A stretch of DNA of 64,000 nucleotides. Source: Antedon mediterranea. Its lineage: Eukaryota; Animalia; Echinodermata. The notes under the pieces were generated by a model, which saw only the letters and a program-made list of their open reading frames with translations, ran no database searches and was not told the DNA's origin. The DNA is taken from NCBI RefSeq assembly GCF_964355755.1, contig NC_092674.1, positions 13,950,001-14,014,000 of the forward strand, given 5' to 3'. Shown here piece by piece: positions 1 through 13,333 of this stretch; position 1 is the stretch's first letter; the number at the start of each line of letters is the position of its first letter. The translations under genes were made by a program, and so were the position numbers.

Positions 1-639
1 CTTTGAGTCGTTAATCTCAAACATTAATTAATTTATATACAAAAACAGGAGATTTTATTAGTAGGCCTACTTTTAAGTACAAAAGTCAAATTTGTCGACC
101 GATTGAAATCGTAATTACCTGTGAATATAAATGCTTAAATCGATAAAGTTGTGATGATAACGATATATTGTGGATAAGTTTGTGTCAATGGGGAACACAC
201 ATTTGTTTCTTTTAAAGTTTAAAGTGATTAAGTTTGATATTTTGAGTTAATTATTAATTTTAGGCTAATCAGCCACAGTTTCTTGAGTGTTATGTAATAA
301 TTTGATGATTTATGTTTGAAGGCCATTAGAACGCGATGAGTTGTCGCACGATTTGATGTATGTTCAATGTAACATACTATTTTAAAGTTTTGTATTGTAT
401 TTGTATTTTTCACCGATTTTTGTTTGATTTACTCGAATTTTATACCAATTTCATTTTAATTTCAATTTTTTTAAGAGAGAAAAGAGATAAGTGATAAGGT
501 TACACTTCATAGTCAATGGTTTTGGCTAACTCATTTGTTTTGCTTTTTTTTTCCTTTTATATAACTTTAATTTTGCATGCCACTATTATAACCATTTTTA
601 TATTTTAAATAGATTAGAAAAAAAAGGGAAACAGAGGGA

Positions 640-1253
640 TGTAATATAATGATATACTTTTTTAATTGAGAAATCAACCTTTGTATGAGATTTCAAATAA
701 GTTCACAAACTTCGCCCAGAAAGTCCAGAGGAGAAAATGTCCAGATGTTTAAAAAGTCCATTTAGTTATAATCGAATCTCTAAAGAAAACACTTAGCTTA
801 ACTTTGTGACCTCACCCATCGTTAAACCAGGAGAGATTGACACTATTTAAGTACAGATTTGACATTGTTATCCATCATTGAAATACCTTATTATACCGTT
901 AATCACTTCTACTTAAACACCCCTGGATCAACTTAGGACCAATCAGTAACTTCACAGTTGATGTAATGACATATGCAAATGAACTGAGCCAATATACCCC
1001 CAAGTTTCAGAAGAGCCCGGACACACCTTACAGCCACTTCACGGAGCACACACCTCACAGCCACTTCTCCAGAAGAACACCTACACTCACATCTCACCGA
1101 CAGCATCACTGATCCTCTGTTTCTTATTCTTAATTTATAGTTATACTTATACTTATAGTTGTATATTGTACTGATTATACTGAATAAACAGACAGTCAAG
1201 CGAGTAAAGAGTCTTTATTACAAGTCAGAAACCTTACACAACGTTATATTACA
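640..1253 (+). mobile_element. LTR of a Gypsy-type retrotransposon, probably a 3' LTR
   Basis: Termini TGTAATATAA...TTATATTACA. Preceded by a polypurine tract (616-639). Contains CCAAT, ATGCAAAT and AATAAA motifs. No TSD. Inverted homologue at 2794-3406. Confidence 0.75.
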
Positions 1254-1267
1254 TTAACGATCATCGG

Positions 1268-2415
1268 AATGGCTGAATCCAATCCACTGTTGAATTTCCC
1301 GCTACGGGTACGGTTACTAGGCATGCACAGGTGGTTAGGCAAATAGTGATCGAGTTATTTGAGAGTGATACACTAACTAGCATAGTTGAAAACGGCTTCT
1401 CAAAGATGCTTAATTCTACTAAAATACAAGATTCTCTCAATAAATCGATTACGACTATCATAGATGACAAACTTAGTCAGGTTGTTAATCAAACTAATAC
1501 GATAAACATTAAAGTTAACAGCCTTGAAGAAACGGTAAAAGAAATTGATCATAAAGTAAACAAGGACTTTAAATTGGTGTATGCTGATCACCGTGAGCCA
1601 CATTCCATTATGGATGAATTAGACCAGGCAGTAGAGAATTTAAATCAGCAAGCTCACGATCTCGAACAAGAAATTGTCTTCGTGTGTTCGGTGTGAAAGA
1701 GGAGGCTAACGAAAACACGGATAACATCATTATCGGCATAGTTGAAAATAAATTAGGGTTTAAGTTGGTTCCTGATAACATTGATCGTTCACACAGGGTT
1801 GGTAAAAGGAAAGAAAATCAAAACAAGCCTAGGCCGATCATTGTTAAGTTCGTCTCCTATCGATATCGTAGGATGGTGATTACGGCTCGGAGGAAGCTAA
1901 AGTGATCTAGCCTATCCATACAAGACTTAACCCGTAAACGCATCGATCTGTTACGCACAACAAGTTTGTTTGTTTGTTTGTTTGTTTTATCTTTATACTG
2001 GGTGACCTCTTCAGTCAAAGACTGATCTCCCTGAGGGCCCAGTTGGTGATCAGTGGCTGTGATGTACTAATACACCGGGGTAACCCCCTACTCGTCTCGA
2101 AAGATGTACTAGGTTCTTTAAAGTGCACACGAGCACGTTGTGTACACGGGACCTACGGTTTATAGTCTTTATCCGAGAAGACTCGTTCTACCACCAGAAC
2201 CATGGAGTGAGTGAGCCTCGAACCCCTGCCGATGTTATGGCTACGTGATTACGGTTCCACTGTCTTAACCGCTCGGCCACTCTCTAACTCTAAGTGAGCA
2301 TAGTAGGGTATGGTCAGCATGGTCGGTAGATGGAAGAGTGTTTGCATTGATCCAAGTTAAAGGCCGTGATGCTGTGAAGCCAATTCGTTCTTTTGCTGAT
2401 CTTGAAAACATTTAA
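1268..2415 (+). pseudogene. Disrupted non-LTR retrotransposon ORF1 (coiled coil + L1-ORF1-like RRM)
   Basis: ORFs 1331-1696 and 1684-1905 are frameshifted; motif IDRSHRVG..PRPIIVKF. Reading resumes after a SINE (VWSAWSVDGRVF, stop at 2415). No ORF2 follows. Confidence 0.75.
1966..2291 (-). mobile_element. tRNA-derived SINE (family 1)
   Basis: Minus-strand A box TGGCCGAGCGG, B box GGTTCGAGGC, (AAAC)n tail. Near-identical copy at 39511-39820. Confidence 0.85.
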
Positions 2416-2793
2416 CTCTTATTTTTCACATACATGGAACTGTTTAGATCCATTTGATTTTTTCAAGAAAATATTTTGTTTGGATAAACTTTTAATTTTT
2501 GAAATTATTATTAATTTATTTACCTTACATTTAAAGTGTTTCCTCAACTTGTTTATTCATAATTTCTTTTTCTGAATTTCCTAATTCATTATTGAAATAA
2601 TTGTTCTCTTTTATATTTCTACAACATTAATAAGACATTTTTTTTTTCAAGAAAAAAAAATGTGTAGGCACTTTTATCTCTATGGAGACTTATCTCTGGT
2701 ATTCCACTTGGTACATTTATTTTTCTTTTTAACCAAAATTGTACATCCAACGCCAGTTTTTTTTTTCAAGTGATACATTTAAAAAGTAGGTAT

Positions 2794-3406
2794 TGTAATA
2801 TAGTGTTGTGTTGTTGTACTGACTTGTAATGAAGACTCTTACTCGCTTAACTGTCGTAACATATATATTGTTTATTCAAAAATAATTGATGCAATAATAC
2901 TTCTGTACAATATACAACTATAACTAAGGATAAGGATAAGGATAAGGAACAGAGGATCAGTGATGCTGTCGGTGAGATGTGAAGTGTGTAGGTCTGCTTC
3001 TGAAGAAGTGGCTGTGAGGTGTGTCTGGGTTCTTCTGAAACTTGGGGGTATATTGGCTTCGGTTCATTTACATATGTCAATACGTAATTTTAGAGGTTAC
3101 TGATTGGTCCTAAGTTGATCCAGGGGTGTTTAAGTGGAAGTGATTAACGGTATAATAAGGTATTTATATGATGGATGACACTGTCAAATCTGTACTTAAA
3201 TAGTGTCAATCTCTCCTGGTTTAACAATGGGAGAGGTCACAAAATTAAGCTAAGTGTTTTCTTTAAGGATTCGATTATAACTAAATGGACTTTTAAAACA
3301 TCTGGACAAACTCTCCTCTGGACTTTCTGGGCCAAGTTCGTGAACTTATTTGAATTTTAATACAAAGGTTGATTTCTGAATTATAAAAGTATATCATTAT
3401 ATTACA
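2794..3406 (-). mobile_element. Solo LTR, same family as 640-1253
   Basis: TG...CA termini, 4-bp TSD GTAT (2790-2793 / 3407-3410), end-to-end inverted similarity to 640-1253. Confidence 0.85.
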
Positions 3407-4474
3407 GTATAAATGTTGTTTTCCATAACAGTTTAAAAATATTTGTTTCTGTTGAATTCTTTGATTTAGTTGGGATACTTTAGTTACCCTTGAATGTTTT
3501 AACAAGGTTCGTATTCATATAGCCTGGCTGGATTTTTTCCTATGCTAGCTTATAATAGGCTAGGTTCAGGCCCCCTTGCTTGGTTAAAACCAGCTGTGCA
3601 AGACTAATGGCGATTTATTTTTAACACGTAAATATGCCTGTTCGGGGGCCTGAGTGACAGCTGACCTGTTATAAAGCTGATTAATTATTTTTTCCTGTCC
3701 TAATTAAAGATAGGCCTAGCCTGGCCTAATATATTTTAATAATCATTCATTTTGGAAGGGGAAAAACAGAGTAGGCCAGGCTACAGGTCTAGCTAGGCCT
3801 ATATTATTTATAGGCTACATCATCAGCCTAGCAGCCTACCTAGCCTGCCTTATTCAAAGATCTGTAATATACTGTAATAATAGAAAGAAGCTATTATTGT
3901 CTGTGACATTAGATATTTAATTATAACAAATGTATATTTCTTTCATATTTGTATTGTATATTTATTATTATTTTGATATGCAATCCCAATCTGAATCAGC
4001 AAATAACATAAATTTCCGTTATCAATCAATAATTTATAATCCAAATTTAAAAAAATACCTTCCAAAAAAATCAATTCAATTACAATTCATATTCATTGTT
4101 CCTTTCTCACAGAACTGTGTTCTGAAAATGTATGAGGAATATATACTATATTTAGAAAAAGAAATAAATAAATTATTCATATTTTATTGCCTGGGTATAC
4201 CTCGACCCTATTTCACCGAATGATTCCTGGTATTATAGTCCAATGTGAATATTTGTAATATATGTTGGTAATAATTTTGCAAGCACGCCTGTCGGAAATG
4301 GGCTATGTGTCTTACACAGATATCTTGTGCTTACATACTCATAAAGAATGTTTAATTCAGGAATTATGATTTTAATTAAACCATATCTGTGTGATTAGTT
4401 TATAGTAAAAATATACAAACGAAATCAAGTACTAGTAGGAACTGTGTTTGTGAATAATTGAATTTGAATTGAAT

Positions 4475-4705
4475 TATACAACATTTAGACCAACAGGCGT
4501 TGATTCTTGTCCTTCATTCTTGCCAAGAACGTTAATGGGTTGTGGTCAGTTCAAACTACAATTGGAAACGGAGGAGATCCAAGATACACTACAAAGTGCT
4601 TTAACGCTGACATCAAAGCTAATGTCCCCTTCTCAACAGTAGAATAACGCTTCTCGTGCTGGTTGAATTTTCTCGAGTAGAAACACACAGGCTTGTCAAC
4701 ACCCG
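4475..4705 (-). pseudogene. Gypsy pol RNase H fragment
   Basis: GVDKPVCFYSRKFNQHEKRYSTVEK..LKHFVVYLGS..*TDHNPLTFLARMKDKNQRL, with internal stops. Confidence 0.85.
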
Positions 4706-6840
4706 TGTTGAACCCACAAATGTAAAAACGCCCACAAATGTGAAAACAACCACAAATGTGAAAACGCATCACCCACAAATGTGAAAACAACCACAAATGT
4801 GAAAACGCATCACCCACAAATGTGAAAACAACCACAAATGTGAAAACGCATCAACCACAAATGTAATAAACAGCGCCCACAAATGTGAAAACGATCATCG
4901 CCCACAAATGTGATAACGCCCACAAATGTAAAAAAAAATGAGAATTTTTCGGCCACAAATGTAAAAAAAAATATCAGATCAAATTTAATGCTAGACTCAA
5001 ACAATTTTGATCGAGGTACTAAATTATATCATGATTGTATTGAGTTGTTTCAATAATTGTTTGTTCACGATACGTCTGTTAGGGTCGTGGTTAACGCGTT
5101 GGATTATTATAATTTGCTGCTCATGCGCGCGATATTTGCACGTTAACTCGTTTGTTTAATGAACGTAATAGTTCAAGACAATATTTGTTATTTGCTGCGC
5201 GCGTGCACCATACTTCAAGGTCAAGGCCATGTTATATCATTGTTGCTTCTAGTGTGTGGTTGTTGGCTTACTATTATGTACGTATAGTTATAAGTCGATG
5301 TTCGATGTTTTTTTGCGCGTGTACACGATACTAAAAGGTCAAGGTTAAATTGCTACTTGTATGTAGTGTGTGGTTATTAACTCGTTGGCTTACTGTTATG
5401 TACGTATAGTTCAAGTCGATGCTCGATTCAATGTTTTTATGCGCGTACACGATACCACACGGTCAAGTTCATAATATACTATTGCTACTTGTGGTTGTTA
5501 ATTCGTTGGCTTATTGTTATGTTCGTAGGCTATAGTTCCAAGTCGATATTCGATTCGATGTTGTTTGTGCGCGTGCACGATATTACAACGGTCATGACTT
5601 GTATACCATTGCTACTTGTGGTGTGTGGTTGTTAACTCGTTGGCTTACTGATATGTACGTATAGTTTCAAGTCGAAGTTCGATGTTTTGCGCGCGTGCAC
5701 GATACTACAAGGTCAAGGTTATACAGTGTCGGTGGATGATGTATAACGAAAGTTCTGTGAAATTAGACATTTTGTTGGTAGACAATAATGACAATGTTGT
5801 AGTTTGTGTTTTTTTTATTATATTGTGTGCAGTATTAAATTTAAAAGAAGAAGAAGCTGTAAAACCCACAAATTATATAATTTATAATGTATAAGTTCTA
5901 TATATTAGGTTCTAACAATAACAAAATATCCTTTCAATATTATTGTAATGACATACCCTAGCTAGTATGTGTAGCCTATACTATGTATTGAAGATGCATA
6001 CGCGCTTTCTATTGTCTATAATCTGACATCGACTTGGAACTATACGTAGGCCTACATAACAATAAGCCAGCGAGTTAACAACCACAAGTAGCAATAGTAT
6101 ATATGACCTTGACCTTGTGGTATCGTGTACGCGCCCAAAAACATCGAATCGAGCATCGACTTGGAACTATACGTACATAACAGTAAGCCAACGAGTTAAT
6201 AACCACACACTACATAAAGTAGCAATTTAACCTTGACCTTGTTGTATCGTGTGCGCGCGCAAAAAAAAATAACGAACATCGACTTATAACTATACGTACA
6301 TAATAGTAAGCCAACAACCACACACTAGAAGCAAAAATGATATAACATGGCCTTGACCTTGAAGTATGGTGCACGCGCGCAGCAAATAACAAATATTGTC
6401 TTGAACTATTACGTTCATTAAACAAACGAGTTAACGTGCAAATATCGCGCGCACGAGCAGCAAATGATAATAATCCAACGTGTTAACGACGACCCTAACA
6501 GACGTATCGTGAACAAACAACTCAATACAATCATGATATAATGTTTGTCTGAATTTAGCATTAAATTTGATCTGATTTTTTTTCACATTTGTGGGCGAAA
6601 AAGTCTCTCTTTTTTTTACATTTGTGGGCGTTATCACATTTGTGGGCGATGATCGTTTTCACATTTGTGGGCGCTGTTTTCACATTTGTGGTTGATGCGT
6701 TTTCACATTTGTGGTTGTTTTCACATTTGTGGGTGATGCGTTTTCACATTTGTGGTTGTTTTCACATTTGTGGGTGATGCGTTTTCACATTTGTGGTTGT
6801 TTTCACATTTGTGGGCGTTTTCACATTTGTGGGTTCAACA
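4706..6840. mobile_element. Non-autonomous foldback DNA transposon (TGT..ACA ends, possibly Ginger-like)
   Basis: TIR TGTTGAACCCACAAATGT / ACATTTGTGGGTTCAACA, 5-bp TSD ACCCG. Long inverted arms made of CCACAAATGTGAAAAC units and ~124-bp inner repeats. No ORF. Confidence 0.85.
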
Positions 6841-6842
6841 AC

Positions 6843-9620
6843 CCGTGCAGTTCTCGACAATTTAGTTGCAACAAAAATGATCTATAATATGACCCGCGAT
6901 GTGGTTGCTTCATTTAGGTATGTTATTACTGGCACTCCCTTTAAATTGTAAAATTAAACACTTTTTAAATCACACTTAATTATATAGTAATATTATTATT
7001 AATGTAACACTTACATTGGCCTGAAGATCCAATTTAGCACCTTCCTTGAGCAAAATAGTGCAAACATCTGTGTGGCCGTTTTGTGCAGCCAAATTTAAAG
7101 GTGACCACCCATCCTGAAATATTACAAACATTATGTTATAGTAATTTTTCTCTAATCAAACTATTATAATATTGTCCTGATGTGATCAATTAAATATGAC
7201 GTTATAGATTTAAATAATGCTACATTATTAAATTAAATACGTATACATTTGTCTTTCTTGTATAATATTTTTTTATATAAGTGCTTTATAAATGTATAAA
7301 ACAAATAAGTGGGGTTTTTTTGCCTAAAAAGTAAACACTTCATCCGATAGTGAAGGGGCGTTTGAACTGGCAGTTACAGCTAAAATATCCAGACTTCAAA
7401 TTCTGTTCAGGTAACACATTTTGACTGATAAATTCTTACCATTCATGGTTTCATTTTACCGTTACTTGGAGGAGATATATGTATTTTTTAAATGTTTTAT
7501 AAAATCAAATACAAATCTCGATTTATATCCATTTATTGTATCATTTTGCATAAAATACAGTGTTGCTCTACACCACAATACAATGCAAAAACAGAAAACT
7601 AAAGAACCACGAAATATCATTTTCTAACATCCAGTGCCATAAAGGCATATGGTAACAATGATTACGGAATCTATTACGAGATGTGATGGACCTTTTCTTT
7701 GAACCTCAAAATAGTGCATTGGATATGTTGGGTCTTGCAAAATTGAAAGTGTTTCCTCAGTAAAGTCCCTTATAAAATGAATCAAATTGAGATCTGCTTA
7801 ATTATAAGTACTGTAGTCCTATACGTGAAGCATAACTAAAAATACGTTCCAGCTAATTCTTACATGTGGTCCCGGTAAACTATAAAACAATGAATAATTA
7901 AGAATACTCTCAATGACAGATTTATAACAAAAGACGCAGGCCTATGAGTTAACTCCAAAAGATTTGAGTCTACGCAAAAGTAAAGCCTATTTGATACTCT
8001 CAGTAATGAGGTCGTGCCATTTAAGATCACTAGTGATTTATTTGCAATCTCAGCTTCAGAGTGGGTACCGTACCGTAGTTCAATTTTTAAGTTATTTTCC
8101 TTTTTTTATGGGTTACTGTATGGGTTGAAAATACTGTATGGGTTGAAAAAGTCGTAAGAAATTAGTTTATTAGTATAGAGTACTGCAAACCATAATAGTA
8201 GGTAACATTTGTAATTGAGGGCGTTTTATTTAACACGACAAAGCATGCAGACGATTAAAAATGTACAGTATCATAATATAGTAGTATATTTTAAATGTTG
8301 GCATGACATAATACACATTGACAGTTCTTTCTAACAGAGTTTTTTCTCGGGTTACTCGGATGTTATACTTAATTCTTTTTTTATATATTGTAATGCGCCG
8401 TGTTCTTTACGGTATATCTTTACATCGATTGTATTTTATTTTTCAACAAGCCATGCGGAGGATTCATGCAATATCTCTTAGTATTAAAGGGTAACACCAC
8501 GGCTTTAAAATGTATATTGCTTATTATAAAATATAAACCTTTTAATCAACATTGGTAATAACTTTGCTTTATTTTAGACAGTACTCAGGCAAAAGCTAAG
8601 TAGCTTCTTTAAAAGACAATATTACAGTACGCGTGTGAAGTGAACTCATTCGCCTTAAAAATTCTAGTTTAAAAATATAATTAAACTCAACCTTTTAAAT
8701 GGCTGATGATTAGAGATGTGCGCGCATGCAAATTAGCAATATAAATTAATATTTATTTAGGCTAAAGCTAACATTATGTTTCCTATTCGAGAAACGTTGT
8801 TGTTATGGGAACACACTTCTAAGTTGTTGGTGTAACTTCACACTAACGATATATTGAAACATTGTATTAATTAGTCTCCTTTACATGAACCTTTGTCATG
8901 TGCGACGATTTGAAATTCAGATAGTTTTAGTATTGATATTATGTTACTGAGGTGTAGTAGTATGCTACATGCAATGTGGATTGTTGAACATTTTAATTTA
9001 TGATGATACAAAGTATATTATTATTGTAACCGAATTAGTCATGATATACGATGAATTTAAATCAGTTTTTGCATCATGTTATGAGGTACAGTAGTATTAT
9101 ATTATTATTGTAACCAAATTAAAATGTTTGTTGTTATAGAATAAAAATACTGGTACGTATTGGCCGACACTCCACACTAAACATAACTATGCATTTAATA
9201 CTAAACATTGTATTACATTGGCAAGTCAGAATGTTATAATGTACTTGGTATCGAAACTATACTAAATGACCAAAAGGTGACATACATTTTTGTCAAATCA
9301 TATCCTGTTTTGTATCGTTGGATAGATTTAAACTACGAAACAATAATATTGTTTGTACATTATACGTATGATGTAGTCATTATTTGTTTATCATTGAAAG
9401 TAATGGTAAATGTATAATTTGCATAGTGTCCCACATATTTTTAATTCGGTTCTAGTTCGCTATGTGTAAAAGTGAAGATCAAAATAATTAAAATGTTAGA
9501 CTTAATCGTGATCGTTTACCTATAATCATGAATATTATCTCAATGTTAATATTTAAAGTAATCCTTTCTTTATTTTATGTCATTTGACGCAAGCCTAAAT
9601 AATATGAAAGCAATCTTTAG
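6843..9620. repeat. Class-A ankyrin exon module (exon + flanking intron)
   Basis: Collinear with 53970-58490 and 58875-62230, and more distantly with 40060-42590. Confidence 0.85.
7015..7113 (-). CDS. Ankyrin-repeat exon E6: DGWSPLNLAAQNGHTDVCTILLKEGAKLDLQAN
   Basis: 99 bp, open, ATTTCAG| acceptor and |GTAAGT donor, phase 0-0, ankyrin consensus. Confidence 0.92.
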
Positions 9621-10399
9621 ATCTTGTAAAATCGAATGTGTTTTAAAGTATCTAATGATTCAAATTGAGATCTGCTTGAGACCTGCTCTGCTCGTTTGAG
9701 TTCAAACGTGTCCTTTTGTGCCATGTTTATACCCTTACCCTATATTGGTCGTGCCATTTAAGATCACTAGTGATTTATTTACAATCTTCAGATGAGTGGG
9801 TACCGTATTAATTTCATATTGTAGGTGATTTAACGTTATAAAATATCTTCATTGTTTTCAATTGTTTTCAATTGTTTTCACCTGCTTTGATAGAGACAAT
9901 ACTGTTAATAATTGTTTATTAGTAAACACATAGTGTACCCAAAACCAACCCAGTGTATTTGTGCACATAATAGTGTGTAACATTTGTAATTGAGATCGTT
10001 TTATTTGACACGACAAAGCATGTGAACTCCTGAAAACGTACAGAATCATAATAATGTAGTACATATTGTATTTTGACGTAATGATTGTTGTTGTTTTTTT
10101 AGACCACACTAAGTGGTTGGTGTAACTTCACAATAATGATATAATGAAACATCATAATGTTAGTCACCTTAATATGGTCATATGCCATATACGATGATTT
10201 AAAAATTCAGAGTTTTAATATTATAGTATTACAGTTGAACATTCGTGAGTGGTCACCTCCCGTAGTTTCAAAAGCCCGTTTGTTCTTCATCAAATTAGTG
10301 GACCTCCTGTAAGCAGCCATCTCATGTGTTTTTTTTCTCTTTTGTGAGGTTCACTCAACTTTACTTCATTTCAAAACATAAATAAACAATTTTATTATG

Positions 10400-11330
10400 T
10401 TTGTATATTATCTTTTTAAATATATACTATTTTCATTCATAGACATAAAGTTTCCTCTTACATCTAAAAAAAAAACTCTGCAAGTTATCATTTATACATT
10501 TACATTACATTTAAACTGAAAACAATATCAATGAATATGGAAAACCAAAAGCAACTCAATAACCGGTTGCTTGTAGAGTATATCATTTTCTATGCTTTTT
10601 TTTTTTACTCTTCTTTTTATTGTTTTCCCCTTTTTTTTATCTTTTTCTTTTTTATTTGCACTATTTACATTTTTGTACAAATTACTTTATTTACAGTAGG
10701 CTTAACCTTCAAAATAAAAATTAATAAAATACATTCATGGTATACTCTTGTGTAAGTATATTTTTAAACATTATCCATGAGTTTTTACAGACTGACTTAT
10801 TTAATTCTGAAAATATTTTTATTTTGTATATAGAATATAGAGCAATTGAGTATAACTTATTTTTTATGTTGCATTCAGACCCAAACATAAGTTTTTCAAA
10901 AGAACAGTTACTATTATCTAACTTTTTAAATATCTCATTGATTTTTTTCCATAATAAGACATTGCTTTTACATTGGAAAAACATGTGCTTTTCATCCTCA
11001 GTTACATCACATAACTCACATTTGTTTGTGTTCTTGATATTCCATTTATATAATTGTACATTTGTTGGTAAAATTCTAAGAAGCAATTTGTAATTTAGTG
11101 GTGCATATTTTTTGTTTTTCTCATTTTTTACTTTTCTTGACCAAATATCAAACCAGTTTGTCCTTTAAATTTCAATCTCTTTTTCCCATTTGGGAATAGT
11201 AATAGGAGCAACAAACATACCTTCTATAAAACTTGAATATATCTGTTTTGTTTTCATCTGAAATATCTTATTTATTTTATAATCATCTGAATTTAATTTA
11301 ACACTATCTCCATTATAATTTTTACGGAAA
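10400..11330 (-). mobile_element. 3' fragment of a Tx1/L1-clade LINE (zf-RVT region)
   Basis: ILPTNVQLYKW..CELCDVTEDEKHMFFQC zinc motif. Flanks align with uninterrupted module sequence near 42230-42350. Ends approximate. Confidence 0.75.
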
Positions 11331-11494
11331 ATTTGTTTACAACACATTAGATTGTTTGTATGGTAGATTACCTCCCTTAAGCGGCCACCCACAAAATTGG
11401 CTGCAGTCGCGTGCGCAAATTTTTCATATTTCTGTAAAGAACATTTCTGTGATTTTAGATGAGATGAGAAAACTACACAGATTTTGATTGACTG

Positions 11495-11734
11495 AAGAAA
11501 TGATTTGCACATTAATGTAGAATACCTTTTGCACATTTAACGTCAAAACTGATCGTTTTTACATTTAACGGCGAGATGTTCGCACATTTGCGGGTAATGA
11601 ATGTTTACAGATTTTCACATTTGAAGGTAAAATGTTTGCACAATTGTTGTTGTTTGCACATTTGAAGATAAAATGTTAGCACAAATGTGGTTGTTTGCAC
11701 AAACGTGACTTTTTGCACATTTAACGGCTCCACA
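11495..11734. mobile_element. Isolated terminus of a foldback-like element
   Basis: Repeated GCACATTT units ending in ...GGCTCCACA; architecture like the 4706-6840 arms. Confidence 0.45.
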
Positions 11735-12499
11735 CGGGCACTACACGAGAGAAGCCCTTGACCAATGTTAGGACCAATCAAGGTACTTTAAACAGTCATG
11801 GCTTATAGTCATCACTCAGATAAATGTAAGAATAAAATGACACTGCTGCCACTACAGACGTCGTATGCATAGTCTATTAAGACTGATGCAGGCCAAAACA
11901 ATAATAAAAAATGCTGTATAAATTTAGTTACACAAATAAAAATATGAAATCATGAGGAGAAACACTCGGGAATTTACCCTCTTAGAATTATATGCATGGC
12001 TAATGCCTCTATGTTAATATTTGAAGTAATCATCGGCTATCGCAGACGCCTACATCGGATGTAGGTATAGGTGTTTACACATGTGTTGGAAAATCAATAT
12101 TCCTTAATAGATCGTATAGATAGATCGTTGTTTCTTTGTTTTACTAAATAATGAAAATAAGGATTTAGTCGAGTCGTCTTTAGATTTGCAAGTAACAGAG
12201 CATTTATTGTGTCCGTTGTCAGATGGTTATTGGATCTGTGTTGTTGATTTCTCCTAATACTTATGTAATTAACCGCTTTAAGTCACCCTGCATAGTAGGT
12301 ATTAACAATGTATTAGAACTCTAGGAACTGCCATTTTCCGATATCTACTTTCGACTCAATGTATTTCATTTTTTTTGTATGAATATGAACAGTTTGTCTT
12401 AAATGAAAGTTGAATTGAATTTGAATTGCTTGTTTATTGTATTAACAATTGTCTGTAATTTTAGTATTAATTTGTTTAACATTTTCTTATGAGGGTTAG

Positions 12500-13305
12500 T
12501 TTTACAGGAACAACTTGGTACTTTTTTGAAATTTGTTTTGGAAATTAGTGCAATTAAAGCGTAATTTTAATTAATTAATTAATTAATTTAAAATTTAAAT
12601 TCAGCAATCGTCATATTCTATTTGGAATACTACGTCCTGTAAAATGACTAGAATTTACTCATGGTTGTATCATGGTGCCTTTCCACGTGTCATTTTATCG
12701 CATCCCATCCTATTACTATTGAAACCGAATTGAAACATTTTCAAAATGCTTTTTATGATGGTCACAAAATGCCAAGATACATTAAAGAAACGCTCATCGT
12801 TAGATCTATGTATAGTAAAGAGAAATATACAAACAATTATGTTGTTGTGATGTCGTGGGTGAGTGTCAGGTGAGGCGGAGTTCATTCGAGGGAGGCATTT
12901 GTTGGTAACATTTTATAAGAAAATAAATTCCCTTAGATATGAACAAGTACAATACCGTGTTTGATATTATCAAGAAGTGATAACAGTAAACAATTGAATG
13001 AAAATGCCTGGTAAACAAATAGATATAGCAGTAAATGAATTATTCAACAAGTATAAGTGTGTTTGTTTTATAATACAATATTGTGTGTATAAATTTACGT
13101 GGCGGGGTGTTTATTAGAGGGTGGAGGTTGGATATTCCAATGATGTTTTATTGGGGAGGAGGCGTTCATTCAAAACAAATGCGGTATGCCTAATTATTAT
13201 AATCACTACATTATTTAGTTTAAAACCAAATAATGAAAATTATCAGTGGGCTGTTTCGGTATAAATAAAACGTTTGAAACGGCTGGCAACATGTGCCAAA
13301 GCAAT
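12500..13305. repeat. Locus-dispersed intronic repeat R
   Basis: Homologous blocks at ~33930-35560, ~37440-38700, ~47510-50100 (split by a LINE) and inverted at ~51400-52170. Confidence 0.7.
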
Positions 13306-13333
13306 GGCGATACAGTAGGCCTAGGCCTACATG

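Noticed and set aside
3700-3850. TAGGCCTA clusters as a regulatory signal
   Set aside because: Scattered through the window, including inside TEs, with no positional pattern.
4706-4960. Possible CRISPR array (also 27450-28200 and 55170-55900)
   Set aside because: Tandem units without unique spacers, inside TIR elements, in eukaryotic DNA; no cas genes.
5152-6425. Duplicated small protein MFNERNSSRQ.. on opposite strands
   Set aside because: Chance ORF in the inverted arms of the foldback element.
9640-10250. Possible seventh ankyrin exon in re-duplicated module sequence
   Set aside because: Only intron-derived blocks are repeated; no exon sequence was found by eye.
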